In this document: positions 23,398 to 33,146 of the stretch, in pieces
Position numbering within the stretch: the first letter of the stretch is position 1
How the letters are laid out: every line of letters starts with the position of its first letter
Source of the DNA: an uncultured Desulfovibrio sp.
Lineage (GTDB): Bacteria > Desulfobacterota > Desulfovibrionia > Desulfovibrionales > Desulfovibrionaceae
Assembly (NCBI GenBank): GCA_902783285.1
Contig: CACZQM010000080.1
Location: 11,872 to 75,871, forward strand
Direction of reading: 5' to 3'
Length of the DNA stretch: 64,000 bases
Made by a program: the position numbers and the translations under genes
The notes under the pieces: model-generated
Told to the model about the DNA's origin: nothing
The model's database searches: none
What the model saw: only the letters and a program-made list of their open reading frames with translations

Positions 23398-23898
23398 TTA
23401 GAGATGCATGGCCGTCAGCATGACCATGGCGATGCCTGCGCCGAATTTAATGGCCATGCCGAGGAGTCGTCCGAGAAAAGCTCCGTTGGCGGCGTGGACG
23501 GCTTCGCCGGAGGGATGCCGCTCCAGGAAAAATGCCGCCAGGAAGCATCCTCCCCAGGCACCTGCGAGTGCGCCGGGGATGGCTCCCAGCCCGAAGAAAA
23601 GCGGCATGCAGAAGAAGGCCCCGAAGATCGCCCCTGCCATGCCTGCCACGGTCGAGGCGCGTGACGAACCGAATTTCTTCGACCCCCAAAGCTGCGCCAG
23701 GAATTCCACACATTCGCCGCCAAGCAGGAAAAGCACCATGAGCAGGAAAAAGGAAAGCGGCAGTTCCATCCCGCGGACGAAGCATGCCCATGTGGTCACA
23801 AGGGCCGCGATGATCCAGTTTCCGGGCAGGGCGGCAAGGTTGAGAAGGGCGCACAGACCGAGAAGCACCAGGAAGAGGCTGGAGGCGAGGAAGCTCAT
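23398..23898 (-). CDS. DUF456-family membrane protein
   Basis: Hydrophobic 166 aa with ALPGNW, KKFGSS and the Gly-rich GAIPGALAGAWGG pattern. Confidence 0.75.
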   Translation of the reverse strand: MSFLASSLFLVLLGLCALLNLAALPGNWIIAALVTTWACFVRGMELPLSFFLLMVLFLLGGECVEFLAQLWGSKKFGSSRASTVAGMAGAIFGAFFCMPLFFGLGAIPGALAGAWGGCFLAAFFLERHPSGEAVHAANGAFLGRLLGMAIKFGAGIAMVMLTAMHL

Positions 23899-24683
23899 GG
23901 TGCCTTGCCCCGTGCATAGCAGTCGATGAGTCCCCGGCAGATCGCGAATGCCGGGTCACCCGGGCATTCTGCCATTTTTCCCATGCCGGAAAACCGCATG
24001 CGCTGCGGACCGAAAAGGTAGACCGGTCTGAAGCCTTCCGCTTCCGGTGGATAGTGGTGGATGAAGCATCCAGACCCTCCGCTGCTCAGGACGCGCTCCG
24101 AGGGGAGCCAGTTGAGCTGGATCTGGCGTATGTCTTCAGCGATGCTGTCCGCTTCCTGACCGGCACGATGCTCATAGGAGGCGCAGATGCAGTCCCTGAA
24201 AAGGAACAGGACCCGAGTCCTGCAGTTGCCTGCCCACACGGCAGTCACGCCTTCCTCCCAGCAACGCGCGCGCAGCCTGCCGTCCGCGAGGGCCGCCATG
24301 GCAAATGCGGCCAGGGGATCGGCAAGGAGCGTGCTGCCGCAACCGGGGCAGGCATGGGCTGCTGCCGGCCTGAGCGTGCGCAAGGGAGCGCCTTCTCCAG
24401 ATTCCACAGCCTCTTTCCAGAGCAGCATCCGCCGCCTGTCGTCAAAAGTGCCGTCAGCAGGGGACAGGGCCGTGGGTGTGCAGACGATGGCTGCTTCAGC
24501 GCAGGTCACGCCGTTTTGCCGGAGCAGTCCTGCGGCTGCGGCGTCATGGCATCCCCCGCCGTGGCAGATCGCCGATGGCCACAGCCCTGGACGCTGGCCG
24601 GGCAGAGCAAGAAGGAGCACCGTGGCAGATCCGGAAGCGTCGATGGCAAGCAGCGGGCGTACAAGGTCGGAGGAAGGCTTCAT
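23895..24683 (-). CDS. DUF1786-like protein, strongly diverged
   Basis: The C-terminal half (YEH, WLPSE..V..SGGSGC, YPPEAEGFRP.Y.FGP.R, CPGD..FAICRGL) resembles the family as recalled. 4-nt overlap with the DUF456 gene. Confidence 0.55.
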   Translation of the reverse strand: MKPSSDLVRPLLAIDASGSATVLLLALPGQRPGLWPSAICHGGGCHDAAAAGLLRQNGVTCAEAAIVCTPTALSPADGTFDDRRRMLLWKEAVESGEGAPLRTLRPAAAHACPGCGSTLLADPLAAFAMAALADGRLRARCWEEGVTAVWAGNCRTRVLFLFRDCICASYEHRAGQEADSIAEDIRQIQLNWLPSERVLSSGGSGCFIHHYPPEAEGFRPVYLFGPQRMRFSGMGKMAECPGDPAFAICRGLIDCYARGKAP

Positions 24684-24717
24684 CGGTACTCAAAAAAAAG
24701 GCCGCTGTTCAAGCGGA

Positions 24718-26730
24718 TCATAGCAATGCTCCATTCCAGTTGAAGGCGCTTGTCCTCCTGACAGGCGGCATGGTGCGCGGAAGATTTTCATCAAGGCGCG
24801 CAAAGAAGGCATAGCCAGCTGATTCAAGCTCCTGCTTATGGGTGGATATGTCAAGGGGCCATGCGGGATATATCCAGAGGTTGCTCCCGTAGTTCCTCGC
24901 CCAGAATGCTTCCCCTTTGGGGCTGAAGAACGGTGTGTTGGGTTTGACCTGGTTCAATCCGAAGCGCGAGATGCCGACGGGCCAGTATCCGGACAAGACC
25001 ATGCCGAGCGGCAGGATGCTCTTTCTGGGAAGCTCGAGATAGTCTTCGGAAGATAATTCCGGACTGGCAAAAGCCGCTTCAAAACCCATGCGGGCGAGCA
25101 GGGCGACCGAAGCCGGGTTGGCAACGTTGCAGAAGGGACCGGCCGTGAGATGCACGTCCGGCAGCGAGGCTCCCGGCTGGAAAAAGGCATGCTGCCATGG
25201 CGCGTTGCAGACGAACATGGTGGAACCGGCGCGCCGTGCCCTGAGGATCAGGCGCCCCCAGGCATCCGTTTCTTCAGGCCAGATGACGGGCGGGAGCCAC
25301 CAGCAGATATGCGGCATCACCGTTTTCGAAACGGCGGAAACGGCGTTCATGGACATCCAGAGCCCAGTGACCATGGTGCGCGAGGGGCGGGTCTCCTTGC
25401 CGCGCGGCAGGCTGGCGGCAACGTGCTGGTCGGGAAGGCGCTTCACCGTGCTTCTGCGCTTCGGCAGCGAAGGAGCCCAGTCCACGGCAAGACTGTGGAC
25501 CTTGCGGCATGCATCCAGCTTTTCCCCCCACTCATCCAGGATCTCCATGAGCCCGGGCTCCCTGCGGTCGATGAGGAAGACCGGGACCCCAGCCTTGGGG
25601 GATCTGCCCTTCGCCAGTTTCAGCCGGCAGGTGCCTGCCTTCGGGACCCTGCGCGTGACTGGAACGGTGTCATGCCAGGGTTCGTCTTCATACCCTATGC
25701 GCAGCAGGTCCTTGGGCAGGAGTTCCTGCCTGGGCTTGATAAAAGGCAGGTCTGAAGCCGGGTTCTTTTCAAACTGGATCTTCCCGACAAGCAGGCCGGA
25801 ACTCGTGCTTGCCTGGGGCGTAGAGATCTCGGCATTCTTCTGGGGGAGAAAACGTGCGCGCGTCACAGGACGGCCAAGGGCCATCTCCAGAAGCATCTCC
25901 GCATCTTTCTTGGCATGGGGCCAATCCTCCGTCCCCAGTGAATCCAGAAGGAGCCGGTAGGCCGCGGCAGTATGATAGACATAGTGGGGGCCTTTCTTGC
26001 GTCCTTCGATCTTCAGGCTGCGGATATGCGGTATCTCCACAAGGGTCTTCACAAGGACGTCCAGTGACAGGTCCTGGCACGAGAAGAAGCGGCCTTCGTT
26101 CCCTTTTTGCTGGTACATGCGCCTGCATGGCTGGACGCAGCGCCCCCTGAGTCCGCTTTTGCCGCCAAGATAGCTGGACCAGTAGCATCTTCCGGAAACG
26201 CACCAGCACAGGGCGCCGTGGATGAACATCTCAAAGTTCATATCCTCAGGGGCGTTCTGGTCCATGAGGCGGATCTCATCGATGGAAAGCTCACGGGGAA
26301 GGACGACGCGGCGGATGCCAAGCGCATATGCAGCCCTGACATCCTGCATGCAGGCGATATTGGAGAGCGTCGAGAGGTGGAGCTCCCCGGTATAGCCTGC
26401 CTGGCGGGCGATGTCGATGAGCCCGATGTCCTGGATGATGAGGGCGTGGGGCTGGGCGTCCCGCTGCAGCCGGTAGATGAGCCTGCCAGCAGCTCCAAGA
26501 TCCGATCCCTTCAGAAGGGAATTGAAGGCGACATAGACCTTGCGTCCATGCTGGTTGGCAAGGTCGACCATGGCGGCTATGTCCGCTATGCTGAAATTTT
26601 CCGCGCCGGCCCTTGCGGAAAAATTCTTGAGGCCCATGTACGTTGCATCTGCGCCGGCGGCAACAGCAGCAAGGAAGCAGGATCTGTCCCCGGCAGGCGC
26701 GAGGATCTCGGGCAGTGCATTATACATCAT
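24718..26730 (-). CDS. U32-family protein (RlhA-like, long form)
   Basis: EILAPAG, GADATYMG, VVLPRELS, EMFIHGALCWCVSGRCYWS...GRCVQPCRR and SLKIEGR. Confidence 0.88.
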   Translation of the reverse strand: MMYNALPEILAPAGDRSCFLAAVAAGADATYMGLKNFSARAGAENFSIADIAAMVDLANQHGRKVYVAFNSLLKGSDLGAAGRLIYRLQRDAQPHALIIQDIGLIDIARQAGYTGELHLSTLSNIACMQDVRAAYALGIRRVVLPRELSIDEIRLMDQNAPEDMNFEMFIHGALCWCVSGRCYWSSYLGGKSGLRGRCVQPCRRMYQQKGNEGRFFSCQDLSLDVLVKTLVEIPHIRSLKIEGRKKGPHYVYHTAAAYRLLLDSLGTEDWPHAKKDAEMLLEMALGRPVTRARFLPQKNAEISTPQASTSSGLLVGKIQFEKNPASDLPFIKPRQELLPKDLLRIGYEDEPWHDTVPVTRRVPKAGTCRLKLAKGRSPKAGVPVFLIDRREPGLMEILDEWGEKLDACRKVHSLAVDWAPSLPKRRSTVKRLPDQHVAASLPRGKETRPSRTMVTGLWMSMNAVSAVSKTVMPHICWWLPPVIWPEETDAWGRLILRARRAGSTMFVCNAPWQHAFFQPGASLPDVHLTAGPFCNVANPASVALLARMGFEAAFASPELSSEDYLELPRKSILPLGMVLSGYWPVGISRFGLNQVKPNTPFFSPKGEAFWARNYGSNLWIYPAWPLDISTHKQELESAGYAFFARLDENLPRTMPPVRRTSAFNWNGALL

Positions 26731-29700
26731 GACACGCTTGGTGACGGTTGAGCGTCGATTAGGTTCTGCCTGGCAACAGCCATCATCAGCTTGATCCTGT
26801 TGATTTGATTCACTTCGCTTGCGCCGGGGTCATAATCAACAGCAGCGATATTTGCTTTGGGGAAAAGGCGTTTCAATTCCTTGATGACGCCTTTGCCAGT
26901 GATGTGATTGGGCAGGCAGCCAAACGGCTGCAGGCACAGTATATTATGAATGCCGGCATATAGCAATTCCATCATCTCCGCTGTTAAAAGCCAGCCTTCA
27001 CCTGTTTGCTGTCCCAGTGAGACCACGCCTTTGACTTGTGAGCGCAGCTTGCGGAAAGAGATGGGGGAACGGAAGCGCTTGCTCCGCATGAGGGAGATCG
27101 ATATGGGCAGGCGCATGAGCAGGAGCAGAGTCAGCAAAAGTGTGCTGCTCAGAGCTTTCTTAATGCTTCCGTTGAAGTTTTTCCACTTATAGATCTCATC
27201 ATACAGGGCGTAGAGGACAAATTCCGTGAGAGCGGGCAGGACGGCTTCCCCCCCTTCGGATTCGACCACATCGATGGCATGGTTGTTGGCGTCCGGGTGG
27301 TATTTCAGCAGGATCTCGCCGACCAGGCCGACTTTGGGACGTATGGAATCGTCCAGCGGAAGTTCGTCGAACTCCCTGACCGCCTTGATGATGTGCTTGT
27401 ACATGCCCCAGAGGCTGCTTCCTTCGATATCGTCAGCGAGGATCCCCGACCAGTAGGCGCAGAGCTCCTGGGCAGCCCCTTTGCGCGTTTCATAGGGGCG
27501 CACACGGCAGAGCATCGACAGCAGGATGTCTCCGCAGAAGATGGCCTGGATGCCCTTGAGGAACATTTTTCCCGAGATGCTGAATCCCGGGTTCTGCTGC
27601 AGTCCGGAAAGGTTGAAGGAAAGGATCGGGATGTTCGTCATGCCGCATTCGAAAAGCGCCTTTTTCAGGAAGCTGATGTAGTTCGTGGCCCGGCATCCCC
27701 CGCCTGTCTGAGAAATGATGAGTGCAATATGGTCCGTATCGTACTTTCCGCTTTTTATGGCGGCCAGCAGCTGTCCGATGACGATGATCGCCGGATAGCA
27801 AGCGTCGTTGTTGACATGCCTGAGGCCTTCTTCGACCGCGTCCCTGGAAACGCATGGGAGCAGTTCAGCCTTGTAGCCGCAGGCTCTGAGCATCGCCGGG
27901 AAGAACTGGAAATGCATGGGGGACATCTGCGGTATGAGGATCGTGTGCGTCTTTTTCATTTCCCTGGTGAAGGGCGGTGGATCCCATGCGCCGCTGTCCA
28001 GAGGGGTGGCCGCCGCAGGTCCCGGCATTGTCGCGGCGGGTTCTCTGGCAGTTCCCATGCGGGCCCGCTCCTTCATGGTGGCGAGGAGTGAACGCACACG
28101 GATGCGGGCAGCTCCGAGATTGGCCCCCTCATCGATCTTGATCTGCGTGTACAGCTTTCCCGCATGGGCCAGTATCTCTTCGACCTGGTCAGCAGTGATC
28201 GCGTCGAGACCGCAGCCGAAGGAAACAAGCTGGACGAGGGAGACGTTGGATGACGCCGCGGCAAAGGTGGCGGCCCGGTACAGCCTTGCATGGTACGTCC
28301 ACTGGTCGACGACCCGCAGCTGTCCGGGATCAGGCGTCAAGTGCGCTACCGAATCCTCCGACAGCACGGCCATGCCTGCCGCCGTGATAAGATCGGGGAT
28401 GCCGTGGTTGACTTCAGGATCGATATGGTACGGATGCCCGGCAAGGATGATCCCCATCTTCCCTGTGCGCGAAAGCTCCCGGAGCGTTTCCTCGCCCTTG
28501 CGCTGGATATCGTCCTTGAAGTGCCTTTGCTCGCGGAAAGCTTCGGCCAAGGCTTCGTGCAACTCGGATTTCGGGATGCCGCTGAACAGTTTAACGCTGG
28601 GCAGGAGTTCGCGCAGGCCTTCCAGATTCAACGGGAGGAAGGGATAGTAAAATTCAATGTGCTGGTCGCGGATATGTTCGATGTTGTTTTTCAGAAGCTC
28701 GGGGTACCCTCCCACGACGGGGCAGTTGTAACGGTTCTGCTGTGTGAAGAACTCTTTTTTCTCCATGGCGACACACGGATAAAAAATACGTGTTATGCCC
28801 TTCTGGATGAGCTCCATGACGTGGCCGTGGCTGAGTTTTGCCGGATAGCAGACCGTCTGTGACGGGATCGTGGACATGCCCAGGGCATAGACTTTTTTGG
28901 AGGACGCCGATGACAGCACGACACGGAACCCCAGCCGGGTGAAAAACGTGAACCAGAAGGGGTAATTTTCGTACATGTTCAGCACGCGCGGGATGCCTAC
29001 TGTGCCGCGCGGCGCCTTTGCGGCTTCAAGGGGGGTGTAATGCTGGAACAGGCGCTTCTGCTTGTAGGCATAGAGATCCGGCATGGAAGTGCCGTGCTTT
29101 TGCGAACCGGAGCCCCGTTCGCAGCGGTTTCCTGAAATGAATCTCGTGCCGTCCTGGAAGGTGCTGATCGTGAGGAGGCAGTGGTTGGAGCAGCGTTGGC
29201 ATCGCGTGACGGTGTTCTCGGTGCTGAAATGTTCGACCTGTTCTTTTGTCAGCACGGTCGAACGGCCATGTCCCTTGCTGCTCTTCGCGAGCAGGGCGGC
29301 TCCGAACGCCCCCATCAGCCCGGAAATATCCAGGCGCAGCACGTTCTTCCCCAGGGTGAGCTCCAGGGTCCGCAGCAGTGCGTCATTCTGGAATGCGCCT
29401 CCCTGTGCGACGACATGGTCGCCGAGTTCATCCGTGCTGGCAATCTTGATGACCTTGTAGAGGGCGTTCCTGATGACGGAATAGGAAAGCCCTGCGGCGA
29501 TGTCGCCGACCGACCGGCCTTCCTTTTGCGCCTGCTTGACACGTGAGTTCATGAACACCGTGCATCGTGTGCCCAGGTCCACCGGATGCGCGGCAGTGAG
29601 AGTCTCAGCCACGAATGCAGGAAGTTCCATGCCGAGGGACCGAGCAAAGGTCTCCACGAAGGAGCCGCATCCGGCGGAACAGGCTTCGTTGAGCTGGATG

Positions 29701-31073
29701 CGGTCGATGACGCCGTCCTTGATATGCATGCACTTGATATCCTGCCCGCCGATGTCGAGGATGAACGATACGTTGGGGAGGAAATAGCGCGCGGCCGTAA
29801 AGTGGGCGAGTGTTTCCACTTCTTCGATGTCCGCATGCAGCCCGCTCTTCAGCAGCGCGCCGCCATAGCCGGTCACGCCGCATGAGGCGATATAGGCGTT
29901 CCCCGGGAGAAGGGCGTAGATCTGCTCCAGGATGCCAGCTGCTGCTTCAAGGGGCTTTCCTTTGCTGGCATCGTAGGTCGAATGGAGGATCTCCCCTTCA
30001 TGGCTCAGGAGCACGGACTTGATCGTGGTCGACCCGGCGTCGATCCCCAGGTAGACTGGTTCCGGCTTGCCGGAATGCGCGAGCGCCGTGAGGTCGCCGC
30101 GGGCGGCGGTATGGCTGGCATGCCTCTGCTTGAACGCCAGGAGGTCTTCGCTGGAATCGAACAATGCGGGAAGGGAGGCCTGCGCGTCGGCAGAGCGGCC
30201 GTTTTCCAGGTCTTTCAGAAGCCGGCGGATGTCTGCGAGGGTCCAGTGCCTGGCGGGTTGTCCCTTGGCGGTGGCGGCTTCCGCTGATGCAAGGGCCGTG
30301 CCTATGGCGACGAAATACTCGGCATGCTCAGGGAAAATGGCATGGTCCTTTTCCAGGTTGAGCGTGCTGATGAAGCGCTGGCGCAGGGAGGAAAGGAAAG
30401 CCAGCGGACCGCCAAGGAAGATGACCTTTCCTGTGATGCTCCTGCCGCAGGCCAGTCCGCTGATGGCCTGTTCAACGACGGCCTGGAAGATGGATGCCGC
30501 AATGTCCTCGCGGGCGCACCCTTCATTCAGCAGGGGGAGGACATCAGATTTCGCGAACACGCCGCAGCGGGAGGCTATGGGGTAGATGGCCGTGGCGTTC
30601 GCGGCCAGGGCATTCAAGCCGGCGGCATCGGTGTGCAGGAAGGCTGCCATCTGATCGATGAAGGCACCCGTCCCCCCCGCACAGGTCTCGTTCATGCGCT
30701 GTTCAGTCCCGCCGGTGAAGAAAGTGATCTTGGCGTCTTCCCCGCCGAGCTCTATGGCGACGTCTGTATCAGGATGGAAACGACGGATGCTGGCCGCTGA
30801 TGCGATGACTTCCTGCACGAAAGGGATCCCGAGCTCGCGCGACAGGGCGATGGCGCCAGAGCCTGTGACAGACATGGAGAGATTTCCATCGGGAATGGCT
30901 CCGGATCCCAGCGCTTCGCGGAACAGCATGGCCACGGTGGAACGCACATTGGACATGTGCCTCTGATAGCGGCCGAAAAGGATACGCAGCGATGGATCGA
31001 GAATGATGAGCTTTACCGTCGTGGAACCGATATCAAGACCGATGTATGCTGATAGGCCGCCATTTCTCTGCAT
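26727..31073 (-). CDS. Fused 2-hydroxyacyl-CoA-dehydratase-type activase: two ASKHA ATPase domains plus dehydratase-like domains (1448 aa)
   Basis: GLDIGSTT...ELGGED...CAGGTG...RCGVFA and GIDAGSTT...DIGGQD...CSAGCG...RCTVFM repeats; CQRCSNHC linker; two CYPA, SFGCG, GGGCRA and QPFGCL motifs. Confidence 0.88.
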   Translation of the reverse strand: MQRNGGLSAYIGLDIGSTTVKLIILDPSLRILFGRYQRHMSNVRSTVAMLFREALGSGAIPDGNLSMSVTGSGAIALSRELGIPFVQEVIASAASIRRFHPDTDVAIELGGEDAKITFFTGGTEQRMNETCAGGTGAFIDQMAAFLHTDAAGLNALAANATAIYPIASRCGVFAKSDVLPLLNEGCAREDIAASIFQAVVEQAISGLACGRSITGKVIFLGGPLAFLSSLRQRFISTLNLEKDHAIFPEHAEYFVAIGTALASAEAATAKGQPARHWTLADIRRLLKDLENGRSADAQASLPALFDSSEDLLAFKQRHASHTAARGDLTALAHSGKPEPVYLGIDAGSTTIKSVLLSHEGEILHSTYDASKGKPLEAAAGILEQIYALLPGNAYIASCGVTGYGGALLKSGLHADIEEVETLAHFTAARYFLPNVSFILDIGGQDIKCMHIKDGVIDRIQLNEACSAGCGSFVETFARSLGMELPAFVAETLTAAHPVDLGTRCTVFMNSRVKQAQKEGRSVGDIAAGLSYSVIRNALYKVIKIASTDELGDHVVAQGGAFQNDALLRTLELTLGKNVLRLDISGLMGAFGAALLAKSSKGHGRSTVLTKEQVEHFSTENTVTRCQRCSNHCLLTISTFQDGTRFISGNRCERGSGSQKHGTSMPDLYAYKQKRLFQHYTPLEAAKAPRGTVGIPRVLNMYENYPFWFTFFTRLGFRVVLSSASSKKVYALGMSTIPSQTVCYPAKLSHGHVMELIQKGITRIFYPCVAMEKKEFFTQQNRYNCPVVGGYPELLKNNIEHIRDQHIEFYYPFLPLNLEGLRELLPSVKLFSGIPKSELHEALAEAFREQRHFKDDIQRKGEETLRELSRTGKMGIILAGHPYHIDPEVNHGIPDLITAAGMAVLSEDSVAHLTPDPGQLRVVDQWTYHARLYRAATFAAASSNVSLVQLVSFGCGLDAITADQVEEILAHAGKLYTQIKIDEGANLGAARIRVRSLLATMKERARMGTAREPAATMPGPAAATPLDSGAWDPPPFTREMKKTHTILIPQMSPMHFQFFPAMLRACGYKAELLPCVSRDAVEEGLRHVNNDACYPAIIVIGQLLAAIKSGKYDTDHIALIISQTGGGCRATNYISFLKKALFECGMTNIPILSFNLSGLQQNPGFSISGKMFLKGIQAIFCGDILLSMLCRVRPYETRKGAAQELCAYWSGILADDIEGSSLWGMYKHIIKAVREFDELPLDDSIRPKVGLVGEILLKYHPDANNHAIDVVESEGGEAVLPALTEFVLYALYDEIYKWKNFNGSIKKALSSTLLLTLLLLMRLPISISLMRSKRFRSPISFRKLRSQVKGVVSLGQQTGEGWLLTAEMMELLYAGIHNILCLQPFGCLPNHITGKGVIKELKRLFPKANIAAVDYDPGASEVNQINRIKLMMAVARQNLIDAQPSPSVS

Positions 31074-31107
31074 CTCTGAGACCCTTCAAACCAGTATCTT
31101 TTTGCCG

Positions 31108-31878
31108 TTACGAAGTGAAATGTGTCCTGGTGCAAGGATGGCCATGGAAGGCTGGCTCAGCTGCTGTACCAGCCTGCAGTCCATCCAAGGCCATCCTGGC
31201 AGCTGCTTGTTCAGCCTTTTTGATGCTGCCCCCGGAAGCCAGGAACTGCTGTCCATTGGAAAGTTCGAGCCGTATGGAGAATTCCTTCGCATGAGCCGGT
31301 CCGCGGCTGTCAAGCTGGACATACACCGGAAGGGTGCCCAGGAGCGCCTGGGTAGCCTCCTGCAGTTTCGTCTTGTAGTCCTTTTCCTTATCAGGCAGCA
31401 GGCAGGAAGGCCAGATCGTTTCGTAGAGCCTGGCAACGACCGCACGGGCCTCGTCATGCCCCCCGTCAAGATAGACAGCGCCCAGCAGGGCTTCAACGGC
31501 GTCAGCCAGCAGGGCGGCCCTTTGCCGTCCGCCCTGGGCTTCTTCTCCCTTGCCCATGAGCAGGGAGGCTCCCAGATCCAGGTCATGGGCGATCTCGGCG
31601 AGCCGTTCTTCGCTTACCAGCCGTGAACGCATCCGGGTCATGGCCCCTTCGCGCTGTTCCGGATAGCGCAGGTAGATCTCATGCGATATGTTCAGTTCCA
31701 GGACGGCGTCCCCCAGGTATTCCAGGCGCTCGTTATGTTGCAGGCCGTGCTCGTTGGCCCAGGAACTGTGCGTCAGCGCAGTGGCCAGCAGCGTGATGTC
31801 TTTAAAACGGTAGGAGATCCGCTGTTCAACGGCTGCCAGGCTGGCCAGGATCTCGGGAGAATAGTGGTCATGTGACAT
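31108..31878 (-). CDS. rnc: Ribonuclease III
   Basis: ALTHSS, NERLEYLGDAVL signature, DAVEALLGA, and a dsRBD (DYKTKLQE...GPAH...IKKAEQAAA). Confidence 0.96.
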   Translation of the reverse strand: MSHDHYSPEILASLAAVEQRISYRFKDITLLATALTHSSWANEHGLQHNERLEYLGDAVLELNISHEIYLRYPEQREGAMTRMRSRLVSEERLAEIAHDLDLGASLLMGKGEEAQGGRQRAALLADAVEALLGAVYLDGGHDEARAVVARLYETIWPSCLLPDKEKDYKTKLQEATQALLGTLPVYVQLDSRGPAHAKEFSIRLELSNGQQFLASGGSIKKAEQAAARMALDGLQAGTAAEPAFHGHPCTRTHFTS

Positions 31879-31988
31879 TAATGTACCCTCTGTTCCAGAA
31901 ATAAGCCTCATTCTTGTGCTTGGCAAGGCTTTATTTTTGAAATAGAATCAACAGCCTGCTTGTTGAGAAAACTTTGGAGGATCGTGAC

Positions 31989-32315
31989 ATGGCGTATGAT
32001 ATCAGACTGGTAAAGATCGTTACGGGAGAAATGGTTATCGGAAAATTCAACGCCGAGGCAAATGCGCTTGACGATGTCGCCATCATACAGACGATCCCTA
32101 CGCAGCAGGGCGTGCAGATCATGATCCTGCCTTATGGCTATCCCTTTGATCAGGATTTTTCCGGAAGCATCGGTGGACAGCATTTCCTGTTCGAATACAG
32201 CCATACTCCCCAGGACATACAGGATAAGTACCTTGAAGCCGCATCCAACCTGTCCCTGTCGTCAGGCGGGCTGGATCCGACGCCTCCGAACGGCGGATCT
32301 GGGCTCATCCTTTAA
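31989..32315 (+). CDS. Small hypothetical protein (108 aa), possible Sm-like fold
   Basis: GGAGG RBS and plausible codon usage. VKIVTGEMVIGKF pattern, C-terminal SGLIL. Confidence 0.75.
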   Translation: MAYDIRLVKIVTGEMVIGKFNAEANALDDVAIIQTIPTQQGVQIMILPYGYPFDQDFSGSIGGQHFLFEYSHTPQDIQDKYLEAASNLSLSSGGLDPTPPNGGSGLIL

Positions 32316-32369
32316 GCCGCGTCCGTGCGCTTCCGCGCATCCTTCCCATGTGCTGCATGCAGCGCTTCG

Positions 32370-32987
32370 TCATGCAGTCGGTGCAGATGCAGCAGCCGGC
32401 ATCCTGCCCAGCATATGGGTCCGCACCAGCTGCTGCGCAGATTCCCTGCAGGCCTCGTCTTTCTCATCGCGCGCCGCGATGCGCAGGATGGGCATCGCTT
32501 CGCCGGCAAAGTCCGGACGGGCTTCCAGCAGGATGCCTATCGCCTTATAGCATGAGGTCCGGAGCGGGGCATGGTCGCAAAAAACCGTGCTTTTGTCCTC
32601 GGGGGCATCATAGACATAATAGAAAAGGATCTTCCTGTACGTGTCGGCCAGGGGAGGGCACTGCGCCAGGGTCTGCCCGAAGGCTTCGGGTATTCCCCAT
32701 CCGATGTTTCCCGATTCTTCGTTCATATGCCACATGAAGCGCCGCACGACGTTTTTTGCGGCTTCCGGAGACTGGGAATAAAGTTTCTTCATGATGTGGC
32801 CAAGCGCGAACGCGGCGCGGTCCGTCATTGCGCCTCCCAGGGGAAGGCAGGCTATGAGGGGGTTGACAAGGGATACCGGGTCTGCATCAGCAAAAAGCGC
32901 CGTGGATGGAAGAGGAGCAGACGCTGACCAGGCAGGATCCTGCAGCCATTGGCGCACGGCATCTTTCAAGAGCTTGAATCGTGACAT
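32370..32987 (-). CDS. DVU0298-family helical (HEAT-like) protein
   Basis: VRRFMWHMNEESGNIGWGIPEAFG motif and DHAPLR. Confidence 0.75.
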   Translation of the reverse strand: MSRFKLLKDAVRQWLQDPAWSASAPLPSTALFADADPVSLVNPLIACLPLGGAMTDRAAFALGHIMKKLYSQSPEAAKNVVRRFMWHMNEESGNIGWGIPEAFGQTLAQCPPLADTYRKILFYYVYDAPEDKSTVFCDHAPLRTSCYKAIGILLEARPDFAGEAMPILRIAARDEKDEACRESAQQLVRTHMLGRMPAAASAPTA

Positions 32988-33146
32988 GGGTGTTCTCCTG
33001 GCAGCAACATATACTTCATGTGCTGCGAGCCGTCCAGTGCCGGTGGATCACTGCCGCCGTCATTCTTGACAGAGAGACGGGGAACGGCGAAAATCCGCCA
33101 TGCATCCCGTGTGTTCTTTTGCCCCGCTACCATGAAAGGATCTTGC

